A DNA stretch of 64,000 nt from Demequina sp. GTDB lineage: Bacteria > Actinomycetota > Actinomycetes > Actinomycetales > Demequinaceae. Of this stretch, positions 40,047 to 49,542 are shown piece after piece (position 1 is the first letter of the stretch; each line of letters begins with the position of its first letter). The notes under the pieces are model-generated. The model did not search any database, had not been told where the DNA came from, and worked only from the letters and a program-made list of their open reading frames with translations. The position numbers and the translations under genes were made by a program. The DNA lies in assembly GCF_016278765.1 (NCBI RefSeq), contig NZ_JADQBE010000017.1, forward strand, positions 15,313 to 79,312, in the 5' to 3' direction.

Positions 40047-42410
40047 CTACAACTTGGTGATCGCGTTGAACCGCAGGGCCAGCCGCTTGACACCGGCAGC
40101 CCCGAAGTCGACCTTGACCACCGCGTGACGGCCGGCACCTTCGGTGCCGACCACCTTGCCCATTCCGAAGCTGTCGTGGGTGACGCGGTCTCCCACCTCA
40201 AAGCCCGCGTCGCCGGCCGGAGTACCGGGCGGGCTGGGGGGGACGCGCCGGGACCTCACGGCGCCAGCCTTCGCGTACGTGTTGCCATCCTCGCGATCTT
40301 GACTTCCTCCGTAGGCCCCGCCGCCGTACGTACTCGACCAGCCGCCATCTCCGCGCCGCTGGGTTCGTGCGCGCAGCGACGACATCGATGTCTCCGAGCG
40401 CTTCCACTCAACAAGGTCGGCCGGAATCTCCTCCGCGAAGCGAGACACGGGCAGATACTGCGGCGCGCCCCACGCTGAACGCACCTCGGCGCGGGTCAGG
40501 TACAGGCGCTCGCGGGCCCGCGTGAAACCCACGTAGGCGAGCCTGCGCTCCTCCTCCAGGTCCTTCACGTCGCCGGACTCAATGGACCGCATGTGCGGGA
40601 AGGTGCCGTCCTCAAGGCCCACCACAAACACCACAGGGAACTCCAGCCCCTTGGCCGTGTGCAGCGTCATGAGGGTGACGACGCCGCCCGAACCGTCGTC
40701 GTCGGGAAGTTGATCGGCGTCGGCGACGAGCGCGACCTTCTCCAGAAAGTCGGCCAACGTCCCGTCAGGGTTCTCCTCGGTGAACTCTCTGCCTACCGCG
40801 ACCAACTCCATGATGTTCTCGATGCGGCCCTCGTCTTGAGTGTCCTCGCTTGAGCGCATCTGGCGCAGCATCCCCGAGCGGTCGGCGATAGCGTCGAGCA
40901 CTCCCGCGGGTCCGTTGTCGGCCGCGAGCGAGCGCAAGTCGTCCATGAGCGACACGAATTCGGCCACCGGTCGCGCGGAGCGGGTCGCGAGGCTGAGGTT
41001 CTCCGCCTGGCGCAGCGCCGCGCCAAAGCTCACCCCTGGTTGGCCCATTCGCCGCGCCTCGAGCGTGAGGTCGCGTCTCAGCCCTTCTATGGCTTCGACG
41101 GTGGTGTCGCCGATGCCGCGCTTGGGCGTGTTGATCACGCGCCGGGTGGCCACGTCGTCGTCCTCGTTCACGACGGCCGCCAGGTATGCCAGCATGTCTT
41201 TGATCTCGCGCCGCTCGTAGAAGCGTGTCCCGCCCACCACCTTGTAGGGGATCTCCGCGCGAATGAAACGCTCCTCGATGGCACGCGACTGCGCATTCGC
41301 CCGGTACATGATCGCGATGTCGGCGGGTGCCACGTCCTCGGCCGTCGTGAGCCTCTTGATCTCATCGGCGATGAATACGGCCTCATCCTGCTCGGTGTCG
41401 CCCGCATAGCCGATGATGCGCTCGCCCGCCCCGGCATCGGTCCAGAGATTCTTCGAGGGTCGACCTGCGTTGTGGGAGATCACGGCGTTGGCGGCGGTCA
41501 GGATGTTCTGCGTGGACCGGTAGTTGCGCTCAAGCCGGATCACCTCGGCGTGCGGGTAGTCCTTCTCGAACTCGAGGATGTTGCGGATCGTGGCGCCGCG
41601 GAACGCGTAGATCGACTGGTCTGCGTCACCGACAACCGTCAGGTTGCCGCTGTCCCCCACCAGTTCGCGCACCAGCACGTATTGGGCATGGTTGGTGTCC
41701 TGGTACTCGTCGACGAGCACGTGGCGGAACTGGGCGCGATATCGGGCCGCCACGGCGGGATGGTTCTGGACCAGGCGCACGGTCTTCACGATGATGTCGT
41801 CAAAGTCGACGGCGTTGGCGGCCTCGAGGCGGCGCTGGTAGGCGCCATACGCCATGCCAGCCGCGTGGTCGATTGAGTAGCGCGAAGCGGCCTCGCCCGC
41901 CGCGGCCGCCATCTCGGGGTCGATCAGCTCATCCTTGAAGCTTCCGACGCGGCCCAAGAGCGCCTTGGGCGTGAACTTCTTGGGATCGATGTCAAGTTCC
42001 CTCATCACCAGCTTCATGACCGCCACCGAGTCGGCGGTGTCGTAGATTGAAAAGGTGGATTTGAGGCCCGCCAGCTCGTGGTCGCGCCGCAGCATGCGCA
42101 CGCACGCAGAGTGGAACGTCGACACCCACATCTGACGCGCCTCGGGGCCCACGAGCGCCTGGACACGTGCGCGCATCTCAGCGGCGGCCTTGTTGGTGAA
42201 CGTGATGGCCAGCACCTCGTGCGGACGGGCCCTTCCGGACTCAAGAAGGTGGGCAATGCGGTGAGTGAGTACGCGCGTCTTGCCGGACCCGGCCCCCGCG
42301 AAGATCAGGAGTGCGGGTCCGTCATACACCACGGCCTGAGCCTGCTCAGGGTTGAGGCCCTCGATCAAGGGGGACGACCCGGCGGACGCGATGTCGAAGA
42401 GTGCATCCAT
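40047..42410 (-). CDS. pcrA: ATP-dependent DNA helicase PcrA/UvrD1
   Basis: 'LNPEQAQAV', Walker A 'AGAGSGKTRVLTHRIA', and 'VDEYQDTN'. 787 aa. Confidence 0.9.
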   Translation of the reverse strand: MDALFDIASAGSSPLIEGLNPEQAQAVVYDGPALLIFAGAGSGKTRVLTHRIAHLLESGRARPHEVLAITFTNKAAAEMRARVQALVGPEARQMWVSTFHSACVRMLRRDHELAGLKSTFSIYDTADSVAVMKLVMRELDIDPKKFTPKALLGRVGSFKDELIDPEMAAAAGEAASRYSIDHAAGMAYGAYQRRLEAANAVDFDDIIVKTVRLVQNHPAVAARYRAQFRHVLVDEYQDTNHAQYVLVRELVGDSGNLTVVGDADQSIYAFRGATIRNILEFEKDYPHAEVIRLERNYRSTQNILTAANAVISHNAGRPSKNLWTDAGAGERIIGYAGDTEQDEAVFIADEIKRLTTAEDVAPADIAIMYRANAQSRAIEERFIRAEIPYKVVGGTRFYERREIKDMLAYLAAVVNEDDDVATRRVINTPKRGIGDTTVEAIEGLRRDLTLEARRMGQPGVSFGAALRQAENLSLATRSARPVAEFVSLMDDLRSLAADNGPAGVLDAIADRSGMLRQMRSSEDTQDEGRIENIMELVAVGREFTEENPDGTLADFLEKVALVADADQLPDDDGSGGVVTLMTLHTAKGLEFPVVFVVGLEDGTFPHMRSIESGDVKDLEEERRLAYVGFTRARERLYLTRAEVRSAWGAPQYLPVSRFAEEIPADLVEWKRSETSMSSLRARTQRRGDGGWSSTYGGGAYGGSQDREDGNTYAKAGAVRSRRVPPSPPGTPAGDAGFEVGDRVTHDSFGMGKVVGTEGAGRHAVVKVDFGAAGVKRLALRFNAITKL

Positions 42411-42465
42411 GGCTGCACCAGTCTAGGTCCCACGGCCGACGCGCGGGTCCCGCAGCGTCGAGGCG

Positions 42466-43674
42466 CTACTGGCGGTGCACGGGTCCCGAGGGCGGAGCAA
42501 AGGTGTCGTCCGCAGGCGGCCGACCCTGCGCCTGTGTGGCTCGACTCACCCCCACCGCTATCACCTTGTCACGGCCCTCCGCCTTGGCGCGGTAGAGCGC
42601 GTGGTCGGCGGCAGCGATGCACTCGTCCGACGTCTGACCGATGGCGCCCATCGACGCGCCGATCGACACCGTGACATGGTGTACGTGGTCCCCGCAGCGT
42701 TCCTCGATCAGAGTGATCGTGCGGCGCAAACGCTGAAGCATCGGCACAAGATCGAAGTGCCGAACGCCGGGCATCAGCACCAGGAACTCGTCGCCACCCC
42801 AACGGCTCACCATGTCGGAATTGCGGAAGTGACTGCGGAGGGTCAGAGCCACCGTCTGGAGCACCGTGTCGCCGCAGTTGTGGCCATACTCGTCGTTAAT
42901 CGTCTTGAAGTGGTCGAGGTCGATCAGCGCGATCGCGTAGTTGCCGCGACCCCGCTCCGCCCATTCGCTCAGTTGTGCAATGATCGGGCGGCGGTTGAAG
43001 ACACCCGTCAACTCGTCCGTGGTGGCGCGCACTTCGCCGTATCGGGCCGCACCCTCGAGAATCCGCCGCGTGGTCGACATGTTCCGCTGAAGGATCACCA
43101 GCAACACCAGGAGACTGATGGCCGCGGTGACGCGGTTTCCCCTCGCGAAGGCCTCAGCGACGTTCCCGACGAGAGGACGTGGCGCCGAGCCCTCGGGAAA
43201 GACAAGCTCACACACCACGTACACAACAATGGCGAACGACGCCAGCGCGAGCCGCAGCGCTGGCAGATCTCGGCGGATTATCACGAACGGCGCAAGCGCG
43301 ATCGGAAACAGGATCGACTCGACGCTCACGGCCGCAGAGATCTGGGAGCACAGGAAAAGGATGTGCACGCTGGACACGACGAGGGCCAGAACCACGCCAT
43401 GCAACTCGCGACCATCGCGGACCAAGTAGTAGGCGAAGGCGAACAGCACCGCGCCGAGGATCGTGATCCCCAGGATCAGCTTGTACTCTTGCGCGTCGAT
43501 CGATCCGAAGAGCGCCGCATCCGCACCCGCTCCGACAAGGCAGACCAGTAGGAACATCTTGACAAGGTGGACGCCCCTGGCGTCCTGGCGGTCGCGCAAG
43601 ACCTGAACGTGGGCAGGAGTCAGCACAGCGGGCTCCGAGTCGCCGACCTGGCTCCTCTTTCTCCAACGCTTCAT
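42466..43674 (-). CDS. Membrane-anchored diguanylate cyclase (GGDEF)
   Basis: About 6 N-terminal TM helices. Active site 'SRWGGDEFLVLM' with an RxxD I-site 'RNSD' just upstream. ATG at 43674 is preceded by CCAGGAGGC. Confidence 0.85.
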   Translation of the reverse strand: MKRWRKRSQVGDSEPAVLTPAHVQVLRDRQDARGVHLVKMFLLVCLVGAGADAALFGSIDAQEYKLILGITILGAVLFAFAYYLVRDGRELHGVVLALVVSSVHILFLCSQISAAVSVESILFPIALAPFVIIRRDLPALRLALASFAIVVYVVCELVFPEGSAPRPLVGNVAEAFARGNRVTAAISLLVLLVILQRNMSTTRRILEGAARYGEVRATTDELTGVFNRRPIIAQLSEWAERGRGNYAIALIDLDHFKTINDEYGHNCGDTVLQTVALTLRSHFRNSDMVSRWGGDEFLVLMPGVRHFDLVPMLQRLRRTITLIEERCGDHVHHVTVSIGASMGAIGQTSDECIAAADHALYRAKAEGRDKVIAVGVSRATQAQGRPPADDTFAPPSGPVHRQ

Positions 43675-43887
43675 ACCCTTGCCTCCTGGCTCGTCCCGGC
43701 GCAACCACGCCGGGGCGCGTTTCATGAGGTTAATCGGCACGCTCGCGTCCGATACGAGACATGGCTGCCCCCCTCTTTGGGGGCATTCGGCGCCCCGTCC
43801 ACCCACGCCCCCAGCCTGCGCTCAGACTGTGCGGCACATCACACCACGAGGCCCTGTGCAATTCTTCACACCGCGGCGAGTGGTGGC

Positions 43888-44538
43888 CTAGACAATGCGT
43901 CTTTGCGCGGCCCACCGCGCCAATTCGTGACGGTTGGACAGCTGCAATTTGTGAAGCACCTTGCCCACGTGAGTCTCGACGGTCTTGATGGAGATAAACA
44001 GCTTCTCGCCAACCTCGCGATACGTGTAGCCGCGCGCGATGAGCCGCATGACCTCCTGCTCGCGCACCGTCAGCTTATCGAGGTCCTCGTCCGCCTCAGC
44101 AACCTCGCCTCCCGCCGCATTGAAGGCGTCGAGCACAAAACCGGCAAGACGCGGCGAGAACACCGCGTCTCCTGAATTCACGCGCCTGACGGCGTCAGAG
44201 AGGTCAGGACCGGAAATGGACTTGGTGACGTAACCGCGGGCCCCCGCCCGCACCACGGCCACCACGTCGTCGGCGGCGTCTGACACTGACAGGGCCAGGA
44301 CCTTGGGGGCATCAGCGGTGCCGAGGATCTCGGCGAGCACATCAAGCGCCCCACCGCCGGTGCCGCCGGGAAGGTGGACGTCGAGGATCACCACGTCCGG
44401 GTGATGCTGACGCACCGACTCGACCGCCGACTCGACGTCGCGCCCCTCACCCACCACCTCGATGTCGGCGTCGAGAGACTCCCGCACGCCTACTCGAATC
44501 ACGTCATGGTCATCGACAATCACGACTCGAACACTCAT
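43888..44538 (-). CDS. NarL/LuxR-family response regulator
   Basis: REC ('VVIVDDHDVIR..DVVILDVHLP') plus LuxR HTH ('LTVREQEVMRLIARGYTYREVG'). Confidence 0.9.
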   Translation of the reverse strand: MSVRVVIVDDHDVIRVGVRESLDADIEVVGEGRDVESAVESVRQHHPDVVILDVHLPGGTGGGALDVLAEILGTADAPKVLALSVSDAADDVVAVVRAGARGYVTKSISGPDLSDAVRRVNSGDAVFSPRLAGFVLDAFNAAGGEVAEADEDLDKLTVREQEVMRLIARGYTYREVGEKLFISIKTVETHVGKVLHKLQLSNRHELARWAAQRRIV

Positions 44539-45596
44539 CGCTGTTCCCTCCTGGGCATGGTGATGGAGACTTCGGTGCGGGCTCCCGGCGCCGACGCCAC
44601 GGACGCCGTTCCCCCGTGGCGTTCCACGCGGCCGACGATCGAGTGGCGGATGCCGGCCCGATCGGGATCCACCGTGGAAGGGTCGAAGCCGGGGCCGGAG
44701 TCGCGCACGAAGACGTCGTACGCGGAGTCCGTCAGCTCCGCGTAGACGCTGATCGGTTCGCTGCCATGCCTGGCCGCATTTGTTGCCGCTTCGCGGGTGG
44801 CGTGCACCACGGCTCGCAGTGAGTCGGACGTGGGGGCGTCCCCCACGTGCACCACCTCAATCGCGACCCCGTGGGTGTCCTCCACCTCCGACATCGCCGT
44901 CGTGAGCGCTGTCGCCACCGAGTCGGCCTCGGAATGGCGGTCCTGATACAGGTAGGCGCGCAAGTCGCGTTCCTGGGCTCGGGCCAGGCGGGCGACGGTC
45001 TCGGGCTCCTGAGACTTGGCACGGATCAGGGTCAGTGTCTGCAGCACGGAATCGTGCAGGTGGGCGGCGATCTCTGCGCGCTCGAACTCCCGCACGCGCT
45101 GCTCCCGTTCAACGGCCACCTGTCGAATCAGCCGCATCCACCACGGCGCCAGAACCAGGGCGGCGGCGCCCACAGTGGCCGCCGGGACCACCATGGCGCG
45201 CAGCAAGGGGCGGTTGCCGAAGTCCCACTGGGCCAACCATGCAAGCGCCACGATCGACAGCACGACCCCCACTACCACGCGCGCCCATGCGTCGCGGGAA
45301 AACAGGCTCACAACATCGGGTCGGCGCGGATCCGACTGGACGGCATCGTCGAGGGGGCTCCACACCAACACGAGTGCCGCGATGAAGACGATCGTCGGCA
45401 ACGCCCAGGGCGCCAGCTCGTCCATCCCGTGCCGCCTGGCCAACAGCGCGAGCGCGGAAGCCACCATGAGCATGCCCAGCAGGGCGCGCCACCACTGCGC
45501 TGGCTGCGCCGCTCGACGCAACGGGCGCGCGATCCTCGTGCTGTCGCTCACGTCGCTATCGTCACACACCGCCCCACTGTCCTGCCTCCCCCACAC
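44535..45596 (-). CDS. Sensor histidine kinase (HisKA_3), partner of the PspC-domain protein
   Basis: Hydrophobic N-terminal half, H-box 'AAHLHDSVLQTLTLI', and a HATPase tail. Divergent from the PspC gene. Confidence 0.8.
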   Translation of the reverse strand: MWGRQDSGAVCDDSDVSDSTRIARPLRRAAQPAQWWRALLGMLMVASALALLARRHGMDELAPWALPTIVFIAALVLVWSPLDDAVQSDPRRPDVVSLFSRDAWARVVVGVVLSIVALAWLAQWDFGNRPLLRAMVVPAATVGAAALVLAPWWMRLIRQVAVEREQRVREFERAEIAAHLHDSVLQTLTLIRAKSQEPETVARLARAQERDLRAYLYQDRHSEADSVATALTTAMSEVEDTHGVAIEVVHVGDAPTSDSLRAVVHATREAATNAARHGSEPISVYAELTDSAYDVFVRDSGPGFDPSTVDPDRAGIRHSIVGRVERHGGTASVASAPGARTEVSITMPRREQR

Positions 45597-45714
45597 GGCC
45601 GATCCCCTCCCCGGGCGGCCGCCGCCGGAAATCAGGGGAGAAATCAGGTGCTTCCCTCATGGCGCGACACACATCTCGACCGGGAGCATGGAGGCAACAT
45701 CACAGGAGGATTCC

Positions 45715-47217
45715 ATGACCAGCCCATCTGAGCAGCAGCCCCGCGAGGCCGGGTTCTTCCGCGCCATTCGCGAGTGGGGCCTCACACGCGGAGACAACGG
45801 CTTTCTCGGCGGCGTCGTCGACGGCCTCGCGCAACGAGTCGGCATGGCCACCGGCCCGGCCCGCCTCATCGTGGTCATCGCCGCAATCGTCCTCAACGGC
45901 CTCATGCTGCTGGCGTACGCCGCCGCGTGGGGACTGCTGCCGGACCGGCGGGGCAACATCATCATTCAGAACTTTGGCCGCGGCGTGCCCAACGTAGGCG
46001 CGTTGGTCGGCATCGCCGTACTCACTCTGTTCGGCATAGGAGGCCTTGACGGATCGGGCCCGTTCACCAGCGGAGTCTTCCGCGTGGGGAACCTCTCCTT
46101 CTCCGACGCGACTCCGTGGACGATCGTGCCCGTCATCGCGAGCGTGCTGGTTTCCCTCGCGTTCGTCGGCGGACTGGTGTGGTTCATCATCGCGATGGCA
46201 CGGCGCTCTCAGAACCCGTCGCCCGGTCAGCCGGCTGCTGCCGGCGGGCCGCGGCCCGCCCCCGCGGCTGACGCACCGACCCCCTCCGAGGCGCCCACTT
46301 CTCCCGTCGGGCGGGACGATGTGACGGCGCCGACTCCTGCTGCGCAGGCAAGCCATGAGACGCCTGCGACGCCCGTATACGCGGCGATGCCGCCCAGCGC
46401 CGCGGCGGCGTCGGCGCCCACCCCCGCCCCGCACGCTTCGCCAGCCCAGCCCACGTCCTACCACTCGGCCCCGCCTGCGAAGCCGCGCGTGCCCGGACCG
46501 GGTCGCGGCTTCTCCTTGGCCGGGCTCGCGTGGATCATCCTGTCAGGGGCCGCAGTGGGCCTGTTGGATCGTGAGGATCAGCTCGCGGTTCACCCTGTGG
46601 TCGCCTGGTTTGTCGTCATGGTGACCGGCCTGGGAGTACTCCTGATGATCGTCAGCCTTGCAGGCCGCAAGCTGGGATTCATGGGTTTCATGGCGATTGT
46701 CTTGGCCCTTCCGCTGCCGTTGATCACCGCCGGGGCCGACGAGTTGCGCGACACCTACGCGAACGACGGCGACCTGGTGAACATCAACATTGGCGACGTC
46801 GCACGGCAGCTCGACTCCCTTGACGCGAACGCGGACTCTATCGATGCCACCACTGATTTTGTCGATGTCTACACCGAGGTGCTCATCAACGGCGATTGCC
46901 GCAACGACGCAACGGTGCCGACCAATCCCGCCAGCACCACTCGCCTGTCATTCGCGTCACTGGAGGCGGATACGTCCGTCGATGTGGTGTCGCAAGTGAC
47001 GTACGTGACCATCAGCGAGGGCACCGACCTCAACGTCGTGGGACGCGGCGATGCCCAGGCGCACGTCGTATGGCCAGACCGGGGCATCACGTGCGACTTC
47101 TGGAACGCCCGCGACCAGCACCTGTCGCTCAAGAACAACGTCGGCCCCGCCGTCACCTTGGCGGTCCACGACGACGCCTACTCCAACACCATCGTCATTA
47201 CGGAGGTCTCATCATGA
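45715..47217 (+). CDS. PspC-domain membrane protein with Pro/Ala-rich linker and large C-terminal domain
   Basis: ATG at 45715 after AGGAGGA. PspC motif 'FFRAIREWGLTRGDNGFLGGVVDGLAQRVG', several TM helices, and a 'PAAAGGPRPAPAADAPTPSEAPTSP' linker. Confidence 0.8.
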   Translation: MTSPSEQQPREAGFFRAIREWGLTRGDNGFLGGVVDGLAQRVGMATGPARLIVVIAAIVLNGLMLLAYAAAWGLLPDRRGNIIIQNFGRGVPNVGALVGIAVLTLFGIGGLDGSGPFTSGVFRVGNLSFSDATPWTIVPVIASVLVSLAFVGGLVWFIIAMARRSQNPSPGQPAAAGGPRPAPAADAPTPSEAPTSPVGRDDVTAPTPAAQASHETPATPVYAAMPPSAAAASAPTPAPHASPAQPTSYHSAPPAKPRVPGPGRGFSLAGLAWIILSGAAVGLLDREDQLAVHPVVAWFVVMVTGLGVLLMIVSLAGRKLGFMGFMAIVLALPLPLITAGADELRDTYANDGDLVNINIGDVARQLDSLDANADSIDATTDFVDVYTEVLINGDCRNDATVPTNPASTTRLSFASLEADTSVDVVSQVTYVTISEGTDLNVVGRGDAQAHVVWPDRGITCDFWNARDQHLSLKNNVGPAVTLAVHDDAYSNTIVITEVSS

Positions 47218-47483
47218 TCCGCCGACGCCCTGTGCAACGCCTGACGTCCATGCTCGTGGGAGCCACCATCGCGGCCCTAGGAGCGATCACCATCGCCGTG
47301 TTGTCCGGCAAGAGCATCGACGTGGAACTCGTCTGGATCATCGGCCTGGCGGCGGTCGGCGGCTGGCTGTTGCTGACCGCCGTCATCGCTGGCATGCGCG
47401 GCGACAACACCACCCGGACGCCCAGTCTCGGCACTGACCACGGCGAACCGCGCGACCTCTCCGAGGCGGCCTCAGGGAACTAG
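47214..47483 (+). CDS. Small two-helix membrane protein translationally coupled to the PspC gene
   Basis: ATG at 47214 overlaps the PspC stop (ATGA). 89 aa, 'LVGATIAALGAITIAVL...IIGLAAVGGWLLLTAVIAG'. Confidence 0.5.
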   Translation: MIRRRPVQRLTSMLVGATIAALGAITIAVLSGKSIDVELVWIIGLAAVGGWLLLTAVIAGMRGDNTTRTPSLGTDHGEPRDLSEAASGN

Positions 47484-47502
47484 CAGCGCTGCTGCCCGCT
47501 CA

Positions 47503-47650
47503 CTCCCACTCGTCCGCTCACGCGGCCGAGTGCCACCCTGCCACACCCGAGTGTCCGTAGCCTTCGGCTACTCCCACTCGTCCGCTCACGCGGCCGAGTG
47601 CCACCCTGCCACACCCGAGTGTCCGTAGCCTTCGGCTACTCCCACTCGAT
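47503..47650. repeat. Perfect 68-bp direct tandem repeat (2 full copies plus a 12-nt third start) including the guaA stop codon
   Basis: Copies at 47503-47570 and 47571-47638 are identical. The third copy starts at 47639 and runs into the guaA end (..IEWE*). Each unit carries the hairpin GTAGCC-TTC-GGCTAC. Confidence 0.95.
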
Positions 47651-49201
47651 CGTGCCGGGAGGCTTGCTCGTGACGTCCAGCACCACGCGATTGACCTCCG
47701 CCACCTCGTTGGTGATGCGGTTGGAAATGTGGGCCAACACGTCGTAGGGAACACGGGTCCAGTCGGCGGTCATCGCGTCCTCTGAAGAGACGGGGCGCAG
47801 CACCACCGGGTGGCCATAGGTGCGGCCGTCGCCCTGCACTCCCACGGAGCGGACATCGGCAAGCAGCACCACGGGGCACTGCCAGATGTCGCGATCGAGC
47901 CCTGCCGTGGACAGTTCCTCACGCGCGATGGCGTCGGCCGCCCTCAGGATCTCTAGCCGGGCGGCCGACACCGCGCCGATGATCCTGATGCCCAGTCCGG
48001 GGCCGGGGAAAGGCTGGCGCCACACGATCTCTTCCGGAAGGCCGAGCTCGAGCCCCACGGCGCGGACCTCGTCCTTGAACAGCGCGCGCAGCGGTTCGAC
48101 CAGGTCAAACTTGAGGTCGTCCGGCAACCCGCCGACGTTGTGATGGCTCTTGATGTTGGCGGCGCCTTCGCCGCCACCCGACTCCACGACATCGGGGTAC
48201 AGCGTGCCCTGCACCAGGAAGCGAACCTCCTCGCCCAGCCCCGCATCGTGCACGAGTTTGCGTGCCTCGGCCTCGAACGATCGAATGAACTCGCGGCCGA
48301 TGATCTTGCGCTTGGTTTCGGGATCCGTGACGCCAGCGAGTGCGTCGAGGAACCGGTCGCGTTCATCCGCCACCACCAGCCGTACCCCCGTCGCCGCGAC
48401 AAAGTCGCGCTCGACTTGCTCGGCTTCACCCTGGCGCAGCAGGCCGTGGTCCACGAAGACGCACGTCAGCTGGTCACCCACGGCCTTCTGGACGATGGCC
48501 GCAGCGACGGCGGAGTCGACGCCGCCGGACAGTCCGCAGATCACATGGCCGGAGCCCACCTGCGCGCGGATTCGCTCGACCTGTTCGTCGATCACACTCG
48601 AGCTTGTCCAGTCGGGGGCCAGCCCCGCCACGCGGTACAGAAAGTTCTCCAGCGCCGCCTGCCCCAACGGCGTGTGCTTGACCTCGGGGTGCCACTGCAC
48701 CCCGGCGAGGCGGCGCTCCGCGTCCTCGAATGCGGCAACCGGAGCGCCTTCCGTGGACGCGAGCACCGCGAAACCCGAGGGTGCTCGCAGCACGGAGTCG
48801 CCGTGACTCATCCACACGGTTTGCACGTCGGGGCTGCCCGACAGGGTGACGCCGACGTCGGACACCGCTGCGGCCGTGCGGCCGTACTCGCGCAGACCCG
48901 TCTTCGCGACCGTCCCTCCGAGTGCTTGCGCCATCAACTGGAAGCCGTAGCAAATGCCCATCACGGGCACGCCGGCGCCGTAGATCGCGGGGTCGACGGT
49001 GGGTGCGCCCTCCTCGTAGACGGAGGACGGGCCGCCGGACAGGATAATCGCGGCGGGATTCTTCGAGAGCATGTCGGCGGCACTCATCGAGTGAGGCACG
49101 ATCTCGGAGTACAGGTTCGCCTCGCGCACACGGCGCGCGATCAGCTGAGCATATTGGGCGCCGCAGTCAACGACGAGGACGGGGCGATGCGCGGTAGTCA
49201 C
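47636..49201 (-). CDS. guaA: GMP synthase (glutamine-hydrolysing)
   Basis: GATase 'GICYGFQLM', ATP-PPase 'GLSGGVDS', and the C-terminal 'KPPGTIEWE'. Confidence 0.97.
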   Translation of the reverse strand: MTTAHRPVLVVDCGAQYAQLIARRVREANLYSEIVPHSMSAADMLSKNPAAIILSGGPSSVYEEGAPTVDPAIYGAGVPVMGICYGFQLMAQALGGTVAKTGLREYGRTAAAVSDVGVTLSGSPDVQTVWMSHGDSVLRAPSGFAVLASTEGAPVAAFEDAERRLAGVQWHPEVKHTPLGQAALENFLYRVAGLAPDWTSSSVIDEQVERIRAQVGSGHVICGLSGGVDSAVAAAIVQKAVGDQLTCVFVDHGLLRQGEAEQVERDFVAATGVRLVVADERDRFLDALAGVTDPETKRKIIGREFIRSFEAEARKLVHDAGLGEEVRFLVQGTLYPDVVESGGGEGAANIKSHHNVGGLPDDLKFDLVEPLRALFKDEVRAVGLELGLPEEIVWRQPFPGPGLGIRIIGAVSAARLEILRAADAIAREELSTAGLDRDIWQCPVVLLADVRSVGVQGDGRTYGHPVVLRPVSSEDAMTADWTRVPYDVLAHISNRITNEVAEVNRVVLDVTSKPPGTIEWE

Positions 49202-49542
49202 GGGTTAAGGCTAGCGGCCACTTCGCGGGAAATCCGGCGCTCCATCACGAAGGACATGCCCGGGACCACCCCGCCGAGGACCATCGTGACGAGGCGACCA
49301 AACGCCCACTTCATGCGCATCCACAGAAAGGCGCACGCCGCGACGTAGACGATGAAGATCCAGCCATGGATGATGCCGACGAGCGTCGCGAAGCTCCAGA
49401 AGCCCTCGCTGTCCCAACCGACCGCGAGACCGATGTACTTGACGAGCGTCACCGCGGTCAACAGCAGCAGGAACGAGCCGGTGATGTACGCCATGACCCG
49501 GTAACGGGTGAGCGTGCCGTTCAGGGGGGATTCGATGGTCAC
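49198..49542 (-). CDS. DUF3817-family membrane protein
   Basis: GTG at 49542 after AAGGAG, with a GTGA overlap on the upstream stop. '[19 protein letters not shown]...[12 protein letters not shown]' is DUF3817-like. Confidence 0.7.
   Translation of the reverse strand: MTIESPLNGTLTRYRVMAYITGSFLLLLTAVTLVKYIGLAVGWDSEGFWSFATLVGIIHGWIFIVYVAACAFLWMRMKWAFGRLVTMVLGGVVPGMSFVMERRISREVAASLNP

Noticed and set aside
45016-45714. Upstream 233-codon extension of the PspC ORF
   Set aside because: It runs antisense through the histidine-kinase gene. A strong SD plus ATG at 45715 precedes the PspC motif.
47503-47650. Tandem repeat considered as a CRISPR array or minisatellite-encoded peptide
   Set aside because: The copies are directly abutting with no spacers, there are only about 2.2 copies, and no cas genes are present. 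The small ORFs through it (47518..47754, 47586..47879) merely mirror the repeat and overlap guaA antisense.
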